Of a stretch of 64,000 nt of DNA, positions 11,937 to 23,463 are shown in pieces. The position numbers were made by a program, and so were the translations under genes. A model generated the notes under the pieces. It was not told where the DNA came from. It worked only from the letters and a program-made list of their open reading frames with translations, and made no database searches. This stretch comes from an uncultured Rivularia sp. (GTDB taxonomy: Bacteria > Cyanobacteriota > Cyanobacteriia > Cyanobacteriales > Nostocaceae). The first letter of the stretch is position 1. Each line of letters opens with the position of its first letter. The DNA is taken from contig OY762007.1 in the NCBI GenBank assembly GCA_963665115.1, positions 6,464,001-6,528,000 on the forward strand, given 5' to 3'.

Positions 11937-12176
11937 TTATTTACTAGATTGATGCAATCTCTTTTTATATTTTGCTGATTTTTTACGGATTATATTAGTT
12001 TCTGCTCTATTCGGAATATGAGGTCTTTCACTCAAAACCTGTTTCAATTGTTCAAGATTAAACACATAACCATCATAATCAATATCACCTCCACCACGTA
12101 AGTATTTGTAACAATCATTTTTCAATTCAATAAGCTGTTTGGTATGAAGTGTTCTCAACCATTCTATTCCAGTCAT
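11937..12176 (-). CDS. Small hypothetical basic protein
   Basis: 79-aa ORF with ATG start and no recognised motif. Confidence 0.5.
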   Translation of the reverse strand: MTGIEWLRTLHTKQLIELKNDCYKYLRGGGDIDYDGYVFNLEQLKQVLSERPHIPNRAETNIIRKKSAKYKKRLHQSSK

Positions 12177-12419
12177 ATTTTTATTAAAAAGCTATACAAT
12201 ATTTTTCAATTATAATCTCGTTAAATTTCTAGTAACTTAGCCCACGAAGGTGGGCTTTGTTCCTGTAGCCCCACCCTTCGAGGGTGAGGGCGATTTGTTC
12301 GCTTCCCGTAAAAACCTTTATTAATTAACGATAACTCTTGTAGAGACGTAGCAGTGCTACGTCTCCCCATCATCTATGGTTTTAAATAACTATTTCTACA
12401 ACTTCCAAAAACCAAAACT

Positions 12420-14528
12420 ATGCTAAAAGTATTTGCAGACAGGGGTGGAACTTTTACCGATATTGTTGCCGTCACCGACAATCAAACCACAATCAACCAA
12501 CTCGCAAATCATCCCCAGCGCTTTTTAATTGTTCCTCTTCCCAACCAGCAATGGGTAATCGTTTATAAACTACTCTCCGAAAATCCCGAACAATATCAAG
12601 ATGCAGCTATTCAAGCTATTCGCGATATTCTCGGAATTTCCAGCAATCAGCCCATTCCTACTGAAGAAATTGAAGTGGTAAAAATGGGTACTACTGTCGC
12701 TACTAATGCTTTATTAGAAAGAAAGGGAGACAGGGTTTTACTTGTCATCACTAAGGGATTCAAAGACGCTTTACGAATCGGTTATCAAAATCGTCCCGAT
12801 ATTTTTGCTCGTCACATCGTTTTACCTTCGATGCTTTACGAGCAGGTTGTTGAAGTTAACGAGCGCTACGATGCGAAGGGTAATGAGCTAATTCCGGTAG
12901 ATGTTGAACAAGTTAAACAAGATTTACAAGCTGTTTTCAACAAAGGAATTCGTAGCTGTGCTGTTGTGTTAATGCACAGTTATAATTATCCGCAACACGA
13001 GCAACAGGTGGCTAAAGTTGCTCAAGATATTGGTTTTACGCAGATATCTATTTCTCACGAAGTTAGTCCGTTGATGAAGTTGGTTAGCCGGGGTGATACG
13101 ACGGTTGTTGATGCGTATCTAACTCCTATTCTACGTCGCTATGTTGACTCTGTAGCTAGTCAATTACCCGGTGTTAAATTAATGTTTATGAAGTCGGATG
13201 GCGGCTTAGTTGATGCCCAGCAATTCCAAGGTAAGGATAGCATTTTAAGCGGCCCTGCGGGGGGTATTGTGGGTGCGGTGCAAACTAGTTTGCGGGGTGG
13301 TTTTAATTCGATAATTACTTTTGATATGGGGGGAACTAGTACTGATGTTGCCCATTTTAACGGGGAATACGAGCGGCAGTTAGAAAACGAAATTGCTGGA
13401 GCAAGAATGCGGGTTCCTGTATTGGCAATACATACAATTGCTGCGGGTGGTGGCTCTATTTTATCGTTTGATGGTTCTAGCTATCGCGTGGGGCCGGAAT
13501 CTGCTGGCTCAAATCCGGGGCCTGCTTGTTACCGTCGCGGGGGTAAGTTGGCGGTGACGGATGCTAATGTCATGTTGGGTAAAATTCATCCGCAATATTT
13601 CCCTGCGGTGTTTGGTAAGAATGGGAATTTACCTTTAGATAAAGATGTTGTTACTGAAAAATTTATACAGCTAGCGCAGGATATAGAAACAGCTACGGGA
13701 AACCATCGTACACCCGAACAGGTTGCAGCAGGATTTATTTCCATTGCTGTGGAAAGTATGGCGAATGCGATTAAAAAAATAAGTCTGCAACGCGGTTATG
13801 ACGTAACTAATTATGCGCTTTGCTGTTTTGGGGGAGCGGGAGCGCAGGTTGCTTGTTTAATTGCAGATACTTTGGGAATGAAGAAGATTTTTCTACATCC
13901 TTATGCTGGGGTGCTTTCTGCTTATGGTATGGGTTTGGCTGATGTGAGAGCGATACGGGAAGCGGGGGTGGAGCAGGTTTTAAACGATCGGTTGTTGGAA
14001 GAATTGGGGGGGTTGATGGAAAAGTTGGAAAGTCAAGGGAGGGGAGAATTAAAAACGCAGAGGAGCGCGGAGGTTAACGCGGAGGAAGAAGTTATAAGAA
14101 AAGTTAATTTGAAGTATGAGGGGACTAATTCTGTTTTGGGGGTTGATTTTAATGCAAACGTGAAAGTGATGCGCTTTGAGTTTGAGCGGGAGCATCAGTT
14201 GAGATATGGTTTTATTCAAGCTGAGAAAAATTTGATTGTGGAGTCGGTTTCGGTGGAGGTGATTCAAAAAATGGATACTCCGGAGGAAGCTTTAGTTAAA
14301 CGTAGTCGGGGTTTGGATGAATTTCCGATTGCTGTGGAAACGGTGCAGATGTTTAGTAATGATAAGTGGTATTCGGCTCCCGTTTATCGCAGGGAAGATT
14401 TGCAACCGGGGGATGTTATTCAAGGTGCGGCAATTATTGTGGAGAAGATTAGTACGATTGCGATTGAGCCGAATTGGGAAGCTGAATTAAGCGAGCTGAA
14501 TCATTTGCAGTTATCAGTTAACAGTTAA
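12420..14528 (+). CDS. Hydantoinase A / 5-oxoprolinase N-terminal subunit
   Basis: DRGGTFTD, GTTVATNALLERKG, SGPAGG, DMGGTSTD, AAGGGS, GPESAG motifs. Confidence 0.92.
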   Translation: MLKVFADRGGTFTDIVAVTDNQTTINQLANHPQRFLIVPLPNQQWVIVYKLLSENPEQYQDAAIQAIRDILGISSNQPIPTEEIEVVKMGTTVATNALLERKGDRVLLVITKGFKDALRIGYQNRPDIFARHIVLPSMLYEQVVEVNERYDAKGNELIPVDVEQVKQDLQAVFNKGIRSCAVVLMHSYNYPQHEQQVAKVAQDIGFTQISISHEVSPLMKLVSRGDTTVVDAYLTPILRRYVDSVASQLPGVKLMFMKSDGGLVDAQQFQGKDSILSGPAGGIVGAVQTSLRGGFNSIITFDMGGTSTDVAHFNGEYERQLENEIAGARMRVPVLAIHTIAAGGGSILSFDGSSYRVGPESAGSNPGPACYRRGGKLAVTDANVMLGKIHPQYFPAVFGKNGNLPLDKDVVTEKFIQLAQDIETATGNHRTPEQVAAGFISIAVESMANAIKKISLQRGYDVTNYALCCFGGAGAQVACLIADTLGMKKIFLHPYAGVLSAYGMGLADVRAIREAGVEQVLNDRLLEELGGLMEKLESQGRGELKTQRSAEVNAEEEVIRKVNLKYEGTNSVLGVDFNANVKVMRFEFEREHQLRYGFIQAEKNLIVESVSVEVIQKMDTPEEALVKRSRGLDEFPIAVETVQMFSNDKWYSAPVYRREDLQPGDVIQGAAIIVEKISTIAIEPNWEAELSELNHLQLSVNS

Positions 14529-14558
14529 CAGCGAGCAGTAATATTTTTACAAGGTTTG

Positions 14559-14661
14559 TAAGTTGTTACGCACTTAATTTGTATAGTACTAGCGGGCAAG
14601 ATGCCCGCACTACAATAATTACCAAATTTTGTTTTATACAATTTAGCTGCACATCAGCTTA
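14559..14661. mobile_element. ~100-bp MITE-like element with TAAG(C/T)TG...CAGCTTA ends and an internal GTAGTGCGGGCATCTTGCCCGC hairpin
   Basis: Inverted copy at 25710-25861, partial copy at 38860-38916. Confidence 0.7.
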
Positions 14662-14740
14662 GTCAGAATTTTAATCCTTGATATAAGAGTTAAAACTCTT
14701 ACTACGAACTTTTTATTTACTGTTCACTGCTAACTGCTCA

Positions 14741-15337
14741 CTATCTGTTTCTTCGGCGAATAAATGAAATTATTAAGAAAATTGCTAAGGAAGCGAAAAC
14801 AATTCCAGAAATTGGTCCAATATATTTTTCTACTAATTGAAAATTATTTCCTAATATGAAACCTGCATAAGTTAACAGTGCTGTCCATATGAAGCTACCC
14901 GCAAAAGAATATAATATAAAAGGCACTAAAGACATTTTATCTAAACCTGCGGGAACGGAAATAAAAGTACGAATACCGGGAACTAAACGACCGAAAAATA
15001 CTGTTGCTTTGCCGTATTTATCTAACCACCTTTTCGATTTATCTATATCCGCACCCGACAAAGTTAACCATTTTCCATATTTATCTATCCACTCTCGCAA
15101 ACGTCTTTCACCTACAAGTTTACCAACATAATACCAAGGTAATACTCCTAAAACAGAACCCAGAGTTCCTGCTAAAATTACAAATTGCATACTTAGCTTA
15201 CCTTGAGTTACTGTGAATCCCGCTAAGGGCATAATTAATTCTGAAGGTATGGGTGGGAAGACGTTTTCTAAAAACATTAGTAAAGCAATTCCCACGTAGC
15301 CAAATGAAGATATAATATTAGTGACCCAATCGAGCAT
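14741..15337 (-). CDS. dedA: DedA family membrane protein
   Basis: LENVFPPIPSE, GRLVPGIRTFISVPAG. Confidence 0.92.
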   Translation of the reverse strand: MLDWVTNIISSFGYVGIALLMFLENVFPPIPSELIMPLAGFTVTQGKLSMQFVILAGTLGSVLGVLPWYYVGKLVGERRLREWIDKYGKWLTLSGADIDKSKRWLDKYGKATVFFGRLVPGIRTFISVPAGLDKMSLVPFILYSFAGSFIWTALLTYAGFILGNNFQLVEKYIGPISGIVFASLAIFLIISFIRRRNR

Positions 15338-15435
15338 TTTATTTTATAGGGAGTAGAGAATAGGAAAGGGGAATAGAATAAAGAAATAATATTAAGAACG
15401 TGACTAATTAATTTTAAATGGTAGACCGGATAGTT

Positions 15436-17383
15436 TTATTTTCTTGTTTCAGTTAAATTAATTACCGCGTTAATCAGTTCATCGGCATCAAAAGGTTTTG
15501 CTAAATGTATTTGAAAACCTGCATCTAAAGACTTTCTACAGTCTTCTTCGGATGCAAATGCCGTCAGCGCGATCGCAACAACATCACCTCCACGATTATA
15601 GGGAAGCTGACGAACTTTCTTTAACAAACTTAAACCGTCTTCTACGGGCATTCCAATATCACTGATTAAAATATCGGGTACGAAACTTTTAAGTTTATGC
15701 AAAGCTGTTTCAGCCGAATTTGCTAATTCAACTTCAGCACCTTGCTCTTCTAAAATAAAGGCTAATAGTTCGCGAGCATCAGGTTCGTCATCTACTATTA
15801 ACGCTTTGATTCCATTCAGTTGCTTGTCACTATCTTTTGATTCTGGTAATGGTTGTGGCTTGATATTACTCGATTTTATGGGGAATTTCACCGTAAAAGT
15901 TGCCCCTTGTTCCTCTCCCAAACTTTCTGCCAAGATTGTTCCACCGTGGGCTTCTACTAAGTTACGCGAGATTGCCAAACCCAAGCCTAATCCACCTTTG
16001 GAACGAGTTGTGGAACCATCTGCTTGACGAAAATATTCAAAAATTGCAGGTAGAAAATCGGAACTTATACCGATGCCTGTATCGCTGACTTGAATTTGAA
16101 CCATTGAATTTACTTCTTGTAAGTTAATTTCAATGCTTCCTCCCTCGGGAGTAAATTTAATTGCGTTAGAAAGTAAATTCCACAATATCTGAGAAAGACG
16201 ATTGGAATCCCCAACTACGCAAGCAACATTATCAGCTAATTTAAGCTGTACGTTAATAGATTTGGCTTCTGCTGCTAAAGCTAAAGTTTCTACAGTCTGG
16301 CGAATTACGCTTTTTAAATCAACTGGATTTAATTCTAAATTAAGTTTGCCGCGAATTATCCGCGAAACATCTAATAAATCTTCGACTAATTGCGCTTGTA
16401 AAGTTGCATTACGATCGATAACTTCTAACGCTTGCTCAAATCTTTCTGGTTTAATTCTGCCACTACTAATCAGTTTAGTCCATCCCAAAATTGCATTGAG
16501 TGGAGTCCGCAATTCATGAGAAACTACTGCTAGAAATTCATCTTTGATACGACTGGCTTTTTCTGCCTCCGCACGAGCTTTCTGCTCTCGCTGTAGTAAA
16601 ACCCTACGCTCTGCTTCTACTTGTTTGTTTAAAGTAATATCAACCGCAGTCATTATAAAGCAACTGCTATTTCCTTCACTGTCATGGATAGGTGCTAGGG
16701 AAACATTTATATCAACTTCAGAACCATCTTTTCTTAGATGACGAAATTCTAAATTTTTTAAAGTCTGGCTTTGCAATACTCTTTCTACGCAAGCTGTAAA
16801 AGCATTTTTATAACTTTCGGAAATAACTGGTAGCGGTTGATGTAAAATTTCAAACGATTTCCAACCGTAAATTTGCTCTGCTGTCTTATTCCAAGTTAAA
16901 ACTTGATAATCCAAGCTCAAAGTAATAATTGCCACTGGAGAAGCATCAACCACCGCTCGCAACATATCATCTGTTTGACGTAAGGATTCTTCGGCACGTT
17001 GGAGTTCGTGACGTTTCCTGGCTTTCGCGCAAAGCTCGTTTTACTGAGGGGAGCAAACGCTCTAATCGCTGTTTGAGAACGTAATCAGTTGCTCCATCTT
17101 TAAGTGCTTCTATAGCTCTTTCTTCTCCTAATACCCCAGAAACTAATATAAAAGGTACATCCGGACGAATTTCTTGAGCTATTTTTAAAGCAGAAATTCC
17201 GTCAAATTGAGGAAGCAGATAGTCAGATAAAATTAAATCTAAATTGTCATTTTGCAATTCTGTTAAAAAATCTGTGCGATTCGCAACTTGCTTTAGTTCG
17301 CAGTTTATACCACCATTTTTCAAGGTAGCGCCGATTAACTCTCTATCTGCGGCATCATCTTCTAACAACAGAATATACAGCAT
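15436..17383 (-). CDS. Hybrid sensor histidine kinase REC-PAS-HisKA-HATPase-REC (frameshift at 17014-17016)
   Basis: N-terminal REC (LLLEDD, SDY.LP) joins PAS/SHELRTPL/NAIKFT/GGLGLGL/REC when one base is removed. Confidence 0.85.
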
Positions 17384-17684
17384 TTTTTGAGAAAGCCGAT
17401 TATTGGATAAAGTGTTTACTAGCAAAGTTACTACCTCCTGAGTGCTTGGCAAAAATTCCTTAATTATTAATTTCCTCACCTGAAGAATACTAAAATATAT
17501 AATTATTACCGTCTATCTAAAGAAGAATTTTTTACATTTCTTTAGACAGGGTATTAAAAAAAAATAAAATTTATTATTTAGGAATTATGAGTAAAAAATT
17601 CATAAACTTAATTAATTTTTAATCTTTAGTGCTTGACTTTTCACCCTGGTAATTGTTATCTGTATTCCGTTCTATCGCGCTTGG

Positions 17685-19175
17685 CTAACATTGATTATTT
17701 GGTAATGAGAAATAAAATGTTGTCCCTTGATTTACTGTTGATTCCGCCCAAATTCTTCCTCCGTGACGATGAATAATTCGCTGTACGTTAGCAAGTCCGA
17801 TTCCGGTTCCTTCAAACTCTGCGTTAGTATGCAATCTTTGAAAAATGCCAAATATTCTTTCAACGTAGCGCATATTAAACCCGACTCCGTTATCTTTAAT
17901 GAAAAAAGTTATTTCTGAGGAGTTGCTGATAATACCAATATTAATTTTTGTAATATCTTCATAACTAGTATATTTAAAAGCATTTTCAATCAAATTTTGC
18001 CAAACTATTCTGATTAAAGTGCGATCGCCATTTATATTCGGAAGCGATTCGATATCCCAAATGATTTTCCTATTATGGTTTTGTGATATTATTTGCTGTT
18101 TAATTTCTTGTACCAAACGATTCATATCAACGCTGCTGTAGAGCATTTCAAATCTTCCGGTACTAGAAAATTCCATTAAATCATCGATCATCTTACCGGC
18201 TCGTTTGGTAAGTTTAAGAATCATTCCTAAATAAGTTTCAATATCTTCCGAAAGATTGATTGATGATAAAGACTGTTGTAGTAAATCGGCAAAACTATAA
18301 ACTTGACGAATTGGCGATCGCAAATCATGAGATATTGAATAAGCAAAGGTTTCTAATTCTTTGTTGGTTGCTTCTAGTTGAGCAGTACGCTCTATAACAC
18401 GATGTTCGAGAGTTTTATTAAGTTGTTTAATTTCAGCTTCAGCGGATTTTCGTTCGGTAATATCTTGCAGCAAACCATCAATCACAGTTTCGCCATTTAA
18501 CTCGGTAAGAGTTTCGCTCAACATTAACCAAGTGATATTTCCATCGAGCAATAATTTAACTTCTTTCTCCCAAGGTGGTTTAATATCTGAATCAACGAAA
18601 TTTAATTGTGGATAATTACGAAAAAAGATTCTTGCTTCTTCTGGAGTATTTAAATTTAAAAGACGTAAAAAGCCATCATTAGATTCAATTAATTCCCCAT
18701 CTAAAGTAGCCCGAAATACTCCTACATTCAGTTGGTTCAACAAAAATTGCAAGCGTAAACTTGTTTGATTTAATCTTAAGCGAGTTTGAGCATTTTCCCA
18801 AGCTAGACGTACGGCTTGACTCAAACGCACAAAATGCTTGGGTGATTTAATTACATAATCATCCAATCCTGCTTTCATTGCTTCAATCGCAACTTCCTGA
18901 GTACCGGAATTAGTAAACATGATTACCGGAACATCGGGATGACGAAATTTTAAAGCATTCAGAACATCAAGCCCATTTGTCCATTTGAGTTGATAATCTG
19001 TAATAACTAAATCGTAATTATCTGCTTCCAATATTGACGCTAACCCATCAGCATCATTAATTTCTACTATATGCAACTCAGAAAACTCTTTTCCAAGTTC
19101 TCGAATAGCTAAAAGACGGTCATCTGGGTTATCATCTACAATGACAACATTTTCTAAAGGACGAACCTGATTCAT
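17685..19175 (-). CDS. REC-PAS-histidine kinase
   Basis: VDDNPDD REC domain; YSISHDLRSP H-box; DNGVGF; GTGIGLA. Confidence 0.9.
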   Translation of the reverse strand: MNQVRPLENVVIVDDNPDDRLLAIRELGKEFSELHIVEINDADGLASILEADNYDLVITDYQLKWTNGLDVLNALKFRHPDVPVIMFTNSGTQEVAIEAMKAGLDDYVIKSPKHFVRLSQAVRLAWENAQTRLRLNQTSLRLQFLLNQLNVGVFRATLDGELIESNDGFLRLLNLNTPEEARIFFRNYPQLNFVDSDIKPPWEKEVKLLLDGNITWLMLSETLTELNGETVIDGLLQDITERKSAEAEIKQLNKTLEHRVIERTAQLEATNKELETFAYSISHDLRSPIRQVYSFADLLQQSLSSINLSEDIETYLGMILKLTKRAGKMIDDLMEFSSTGRFEMLYSSVDMNRLVQEIKQQIISQNHNRKIIWDIESLPNINGDRTLIRIVWQNLIENAFKYTSYEDITKINIGIISNSSEITFFIKDNGVGFNMRYVERIFGIFQRLHTNAEFEGTGIGLANVQRIIHRHGGRIWAESTVNQGTTFYFSLPNNQC

Positions 19176-19468
19176 ATATTAATGACATAGAAACTTTACA
19201 AGTTGCTGCTATATTCATGCAATATTGAGTTAATGAACCGAGTAATAAATTAATATTAAAATTACTGCTCGATCGATAAACTTTCAGATTAGGTCAAATA
19301 TTGAATAATCAAATATTTGATTGTAAGCAGTCAAGATAGTCTGTAATTCGTAATTATTCAGTAATATATTAATTAGCTTTATGTAAATAGTTTATTTTTT
19401 CTGTGTTCTATAAAATGAAGACCAAAAAATAAAGCTAGCAAAACAGCAAATAACTTCATAAAAGTATA

Positions 19469-19924
19469 CTATGTAGATGCAATTGAAGGGTAGCAATTTA
19501 GGTCTAACCAAAAAGCATTAAGCGTTTTAATCATTTCATTCAAAGCTTTATAATTAACTGGCTTTAATAGATATGAGTTGACTCCAATATCGTAAGCTCT
19601 ATTTACGTCAACATTTTCTTTAGAAGAAGTTAATATTACAACTGGAATGCGTTTGAGAACTGGTTGACTTCTGAGCCATTCAAGAACCTCCAAACCCGAA
19701 CGACGCGGAAGTTTGAGGTCTAGAAGAATCATACCGGGTAAAGGATAAAAATTTCTATTCCCATAATCTCCCTCACCCGAAAGATAGGCAACAGCTTCAT
19801 CACCGTCGCGCACAACCTGTATGCTGGGGTTCTCCAAATCACTACGACGAAAAGCCCGTTGAATAAACAGGATATCGTTCGGATCGTCCTCTACCAAAAG
19901 AATTCCAGACTCTTTTAAACCCAT
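19469..19924 (-). CDS. Single-domain response regulator (Rcp1-like)
   Basis: LLVEDD, LLDLKLP, ILTSS, NSYLLKP, FW motif. Confidence 0.92.
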   Translation of the reverse strand: MGLKESGILLVEDDPNDILFIQRAFRRSDLENPSIQVVRDGDEAVAYLSGEGDYGNRNFYPLPGMILLDLKLPRRSGLEVLEWLRSQPVLKRIPVVILTSSKENVDVNRAYDIGVNSYLLKPVNYKALNEMIKTLNAFWLDLNCYPSIAST

Positions 19925-20119
19925 TATGATTAATATTATTTGGATAATATTCTAAATTGCCTTAAACCTATCATCATTCCAATCTATATTAAAGGCTTAC
20001 TTCTGAACTTTAAATTAATATACTTTTGGAAGTTGTATTTAAACTTTACATATGGTATTAAAAAACGATTACTCCCTTCCTGACTCTACGATAACTGATA
20101 ACTGATAACTGATAACTGT

Positions 20120-22225
20120 TCAATGTTGGGGGAACTTCGGTAATTCAATCCAAAACCGACTACCTCGATCGACATTAGAACAAACACCGACTTTACCATC
20201 TAAACTTTCCACACCACGCTTAACAATTGCTAAACCAATTCCCGTGCCGACGTAAGATTCAATTCCGTGCAAGCGCTCAAAAACTCGAAAAATTCGTTCT
20301 TGATATTCCGGAGCAATACCGATACCGTTATCTTCTACCCATAATCTGACATATTCACCTCGTTCTTCCGCCCAAATTTGTACAATTGGATCAACATTGG
20401 GATGAACAAACTTGATCCCGTTAGTTATCAAATTACTAATAACTGACTTTAAAATGGTTTGTTGGCTTCTGACAACGGGAAGTGTTGTTTTAATGATTAC
20501 TTGCGTTTGGTTTTCTTGTAATTCGGATTCAAGTTCGTTGAGTATTTCTTCAACTACGCTGGTTAAACTAACTTGTCGGAATTGAATTTGAGTTCTTCCC
20601 AAACGACTATATGCTAATAAATCTAAAATTAAAGTATCTAAATGCGCGGATGCTATCGTAATCCGATTTAAATATTCTTTTCCAATATCGTCCAACAAAC
20701 TTTCATAATCTTCGAGCAAAACTTGAGCAAAACCTTGGATAGCGCGTAAAGGTGCGCGTAAATCGTGAGAAACCGAATAACAAAACGCTTCTAATTCGTG
20801 GTTTGCTGCTTCTAATTGTCTGGTACGCTGTTTTACTCGTATTTCCAAACTAGCATTCAGCAAGTGGTTTTCTTCTTCTGCTTGTTTGCGAGTAATTGCA
20901 GCTGATAAGATATTGGCTACTGATTGCAGAAAATTAGCATCATCCCAACTAAATTGATGTTCTAGAATAGAATGCGCTTCTAAAACTCCAAAAGGTTGAT
21001 TTTCTTTTCCAGGAATTATCGTACTGACACCGCTAATATATTCATTTTGATGCAGTAAAGACGAACCTGTAAATCTTGTTTCTTCATTGAGATTGTCTGA
21101 TATAACGGGTTTACCGGATAACAAAGCATAACCAGCTTGGGATTTGCAATCAGTTTCTAATGTAACTCGATCCGTCAATTCTTTTTCTAAACCGACACTG
21201 GAGCGTAACAGCAAAAAATTACCATCGGGAAGCAATTCGAGAATTTTGCAATCATCAACATTGAGACTTTGAGCAACTAAAGCTGTGGTTTGCTCAAATA
21301 AATCTGGTAATTCCAGCCCCGATAAAGCAAGTTGTCCTAATTGTGCCACAACCGCTTGTTGCTTTAGTCTATTAGCAAGCGATATTTGTGCTTTTTGACG
21401 TTCGGTTACTTCTAAAACTACACAACCAATTGCATTGTAAGTATTAGAAACTGCTAATGGAAAATAAGCAGCTTCCCAATCTCTTATAAAACCCGGTAGC
21501 TTAGGAGTTTCTCCAGTAATTTTAATTCCAGATACGGGTAAACCTGTACTTGTAACTTGTCGATAAATCGACTCCAAATTATCAGCTATTTCCGGTATCA
21601 TCTCACGCACAGCTTTACCAATATGCTCTTCTATTGATTTACCATTAATATCAGCTAAAGTTTTATTTATTTGTACGTGTCGCCATTTGTCATCAAGAAT
21701 AGCTAAACCGATGGAAGCATTTTCAAAAAAAGTTTCTAATAGTTGATGTTGTATAGATTCTTTTCGATCATCTCGAATATTACAAGCTTCAATTACAATA
21801 GCCGTTACTTTCCCTTTGTCATCAGTTACAGGAGTAAATGAAAAATCGTAGCTATTAGTTAAATCTTTTTGATCTAATAATTCAACTTTAATATTGATTA
21901 ACTTACCACAAGCAGCTTGGCATACAGCATCTTGTAATTGTTGCTGCGTTTGAGAAGTAACAACTCGTGAAAAAACTGACCATAAAGGTTTACCTGGAAT
22001 ATTATCTTTAATTAAATAATCAGAATCAAGAGCTTTTTGATTAGTTTCTAATAAACTACCGTTGGGTTTAATTATAAATAAATATTGAGAACTTTGATCA
22101 AAAATATGATTATAGCTGCGATTTATTTGAGTAACAGAATAAAGACGTTTTGACAGATAAATATTCCACCAAAACATCCCTAATAGAATTAAAATACTGC
22201 CCAGCACAAAGGCTTGTAGTTCCAC
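20120..22225 (-). CDS. PAS-PAS-GAF sensor histidine kinase with N-terminal TM helix
   Basis: YSVSHDLRAPLR H-box, DNGIGI, GTGIGLA; GAF ending FLQSVANIL. Confidence 0.9.
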   Translation of the reverse strand: MELQAFVLGSILILLGMFWWNIYLSKRLYSVTQINRSYNHIFDQSSQYLFIIKPNGSLLETNQKALDSDYLIKDNIPGKPLWSVFSRVVTSQTQQQLQDAVCQAACGKLINIKVELLDQKDLTNSYDFSFTPVTDDKGKVTAIVIEACNIRDDRKESIQHQLLETFFENASIGLAILDDKWRHVQINKTLADINGKSIEEHIGKAVREMIPEIADNLESIYRQVTSTGLPVSGIKITGETPKLPGFIRDWEAAYFPLAVSNTYNAIGCVVLEVTERQKAQISLANRLKQQAVVAQLGQLALSGLELPDLFEQTTALVAQSLNVDDCKILELLPDGNFLLLRSSVGLEKELTDRVTLETDCKSQAGYALLSGKPVISDNLNEETRFTGSSLLHQNEYISGVSTIIPGKENQPFGVLEAHSILEHQFSWDDANFLQSVANILSAAITRKQAEEENHLLNASLEIRVKQRTRQLEAANHELEAFCYSVSHDLRAPLRAIQGFAQVLLEDYESLLDDIGKEYLNRITIASAHLDTLILDLLAYSRLGRTQIQFRQVSLTSVVEEILNELESELQENQTQVIIKTTLPVVRSQQTILKSVISNLITNGIKFVHPNVDPIVQIWAEERGEYVRLWVEDNGIGIAPEYQERIFRVFERLHGIESYVGTGIGLAIVKRGVESLDGKVGVCSNVDRGSRFWIELPKFPQH

Positions 22226-22814
22226 AATAAATATTTAACCGATAACTACAATTGTATCAATCATAGCAATGTAGAGACATTGTAGTGCAACGTTTCTTTT
22301 CGCTTTACAAGATTCTGACTCCATTTTTGTTGTAATTCACATCTTGTACCTCTCCCAGAACCTTATTTCTTGCTCATCCTATAACCAAAAAATAAGGTTC
22401 TGGGCTATAGGGAAAAGGGAACGGGCAACAGGGGATTACAGCGATTTTAAATATCTAAGTGCGGTCATTCCTATAATTAAATAATATTCAATTTATATCT
22501 TTAGGTTGATGACAATCAAAGTAAGTAGAATAATGCTGCTAACACAATTCAAAATTATCAATTAAAAATTACCATTATCTAAAGTTTGAGGTTTGAAGCA
22601 AGGAATATGCTTCGATCATTTTATTCTTAAAAGGAGAGGCTCGTATCCTTAATTAAACAATTAAAAAGTAAAATATAATGAATTTTGAATTTTGAATTTT
22701 GAATTAAAAAATGGTCATCCAAGATACAATTTATTAAGAACATATAGAGACAAGGAGAAAGATTATTAACTCTTGACTCTTGACTCTTGACTTTATTGAA
22801 ACGAGGTTTTATTA

Positions 22815-23336
22815 ATGTTTATTTCTGTAATCAAAAGTGTCGTTATTTTAACAATGGTAGGAATCTTTTATTGGCTTCCTTTTACGGGAAATAATGCTGC
22901 TCAAGCCATCGCTAGCGTATGGGGTCAAGAAACAGAACCATTGTTATCAGGAGTAAAACAAGTTACTGTTTATCGCAGCCCTTCTTGTGGTTGCTGTGAA
23001 GACTGGGTGAAACATATGCAAAAACACGGTTTTAAAATCAAAGATGATATTAAAAGCGAAGATATGCAAGCAATTAAAGAAAAATATAACGTCCCCCAAC
23101 AATTAGCATCCTGTCACACCGCAATTATTGACGATTATGTCATGGAAGGACACGTTCCCGCTGATGATATTAAACGTTTTATCGCTCAATCTCCCAAGCA
23201 AACAGGTTTATCAGTACCCGGAATGCCTTCAGGTACCCCAGGAATGGAAATGGGAAATAAAAAAGATCCTTTTGCTGTAGTTTCTTTTAATAAAGATGGG
23301 GAAGCCGAAATTTTTCACGAATATCGGTCTTATTAA
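22815..23336 (+). CDS. DUF411 family exported metal-binding protein
   Basis: YRSPSCGCCEDW, SCHTA, EGHVP, VPGMP.G.PGME. Confidence 0.9.
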   Translation: MFISVIKSVVILTMVGIFYWLPFTGNNAAQAIASVWGQETEPLLSGVKQVTVYRSPSCGCCEDWVKHMQKHGFKIKDDIKSEDMQAIKEKYNVPQQLASCHTAIIDDYVMEGHVPADDIKRFIAQSPKQTGLSVPGMPSGTPGMEMGNKKDPFAVVSFNKDGEAEIFHEYRSY

Positions 23337-23463
23337 CAGAAAAGTTAGGAGGAAGGTAAAAATTTTTAATCCTAAAGATACAAGTAATTGGACAGCCTAG
23401 TATCATACTATTGAAAAATAATTTCAGCACAGAATTTATTTTTCTAACCATTTAGGATTCGTT

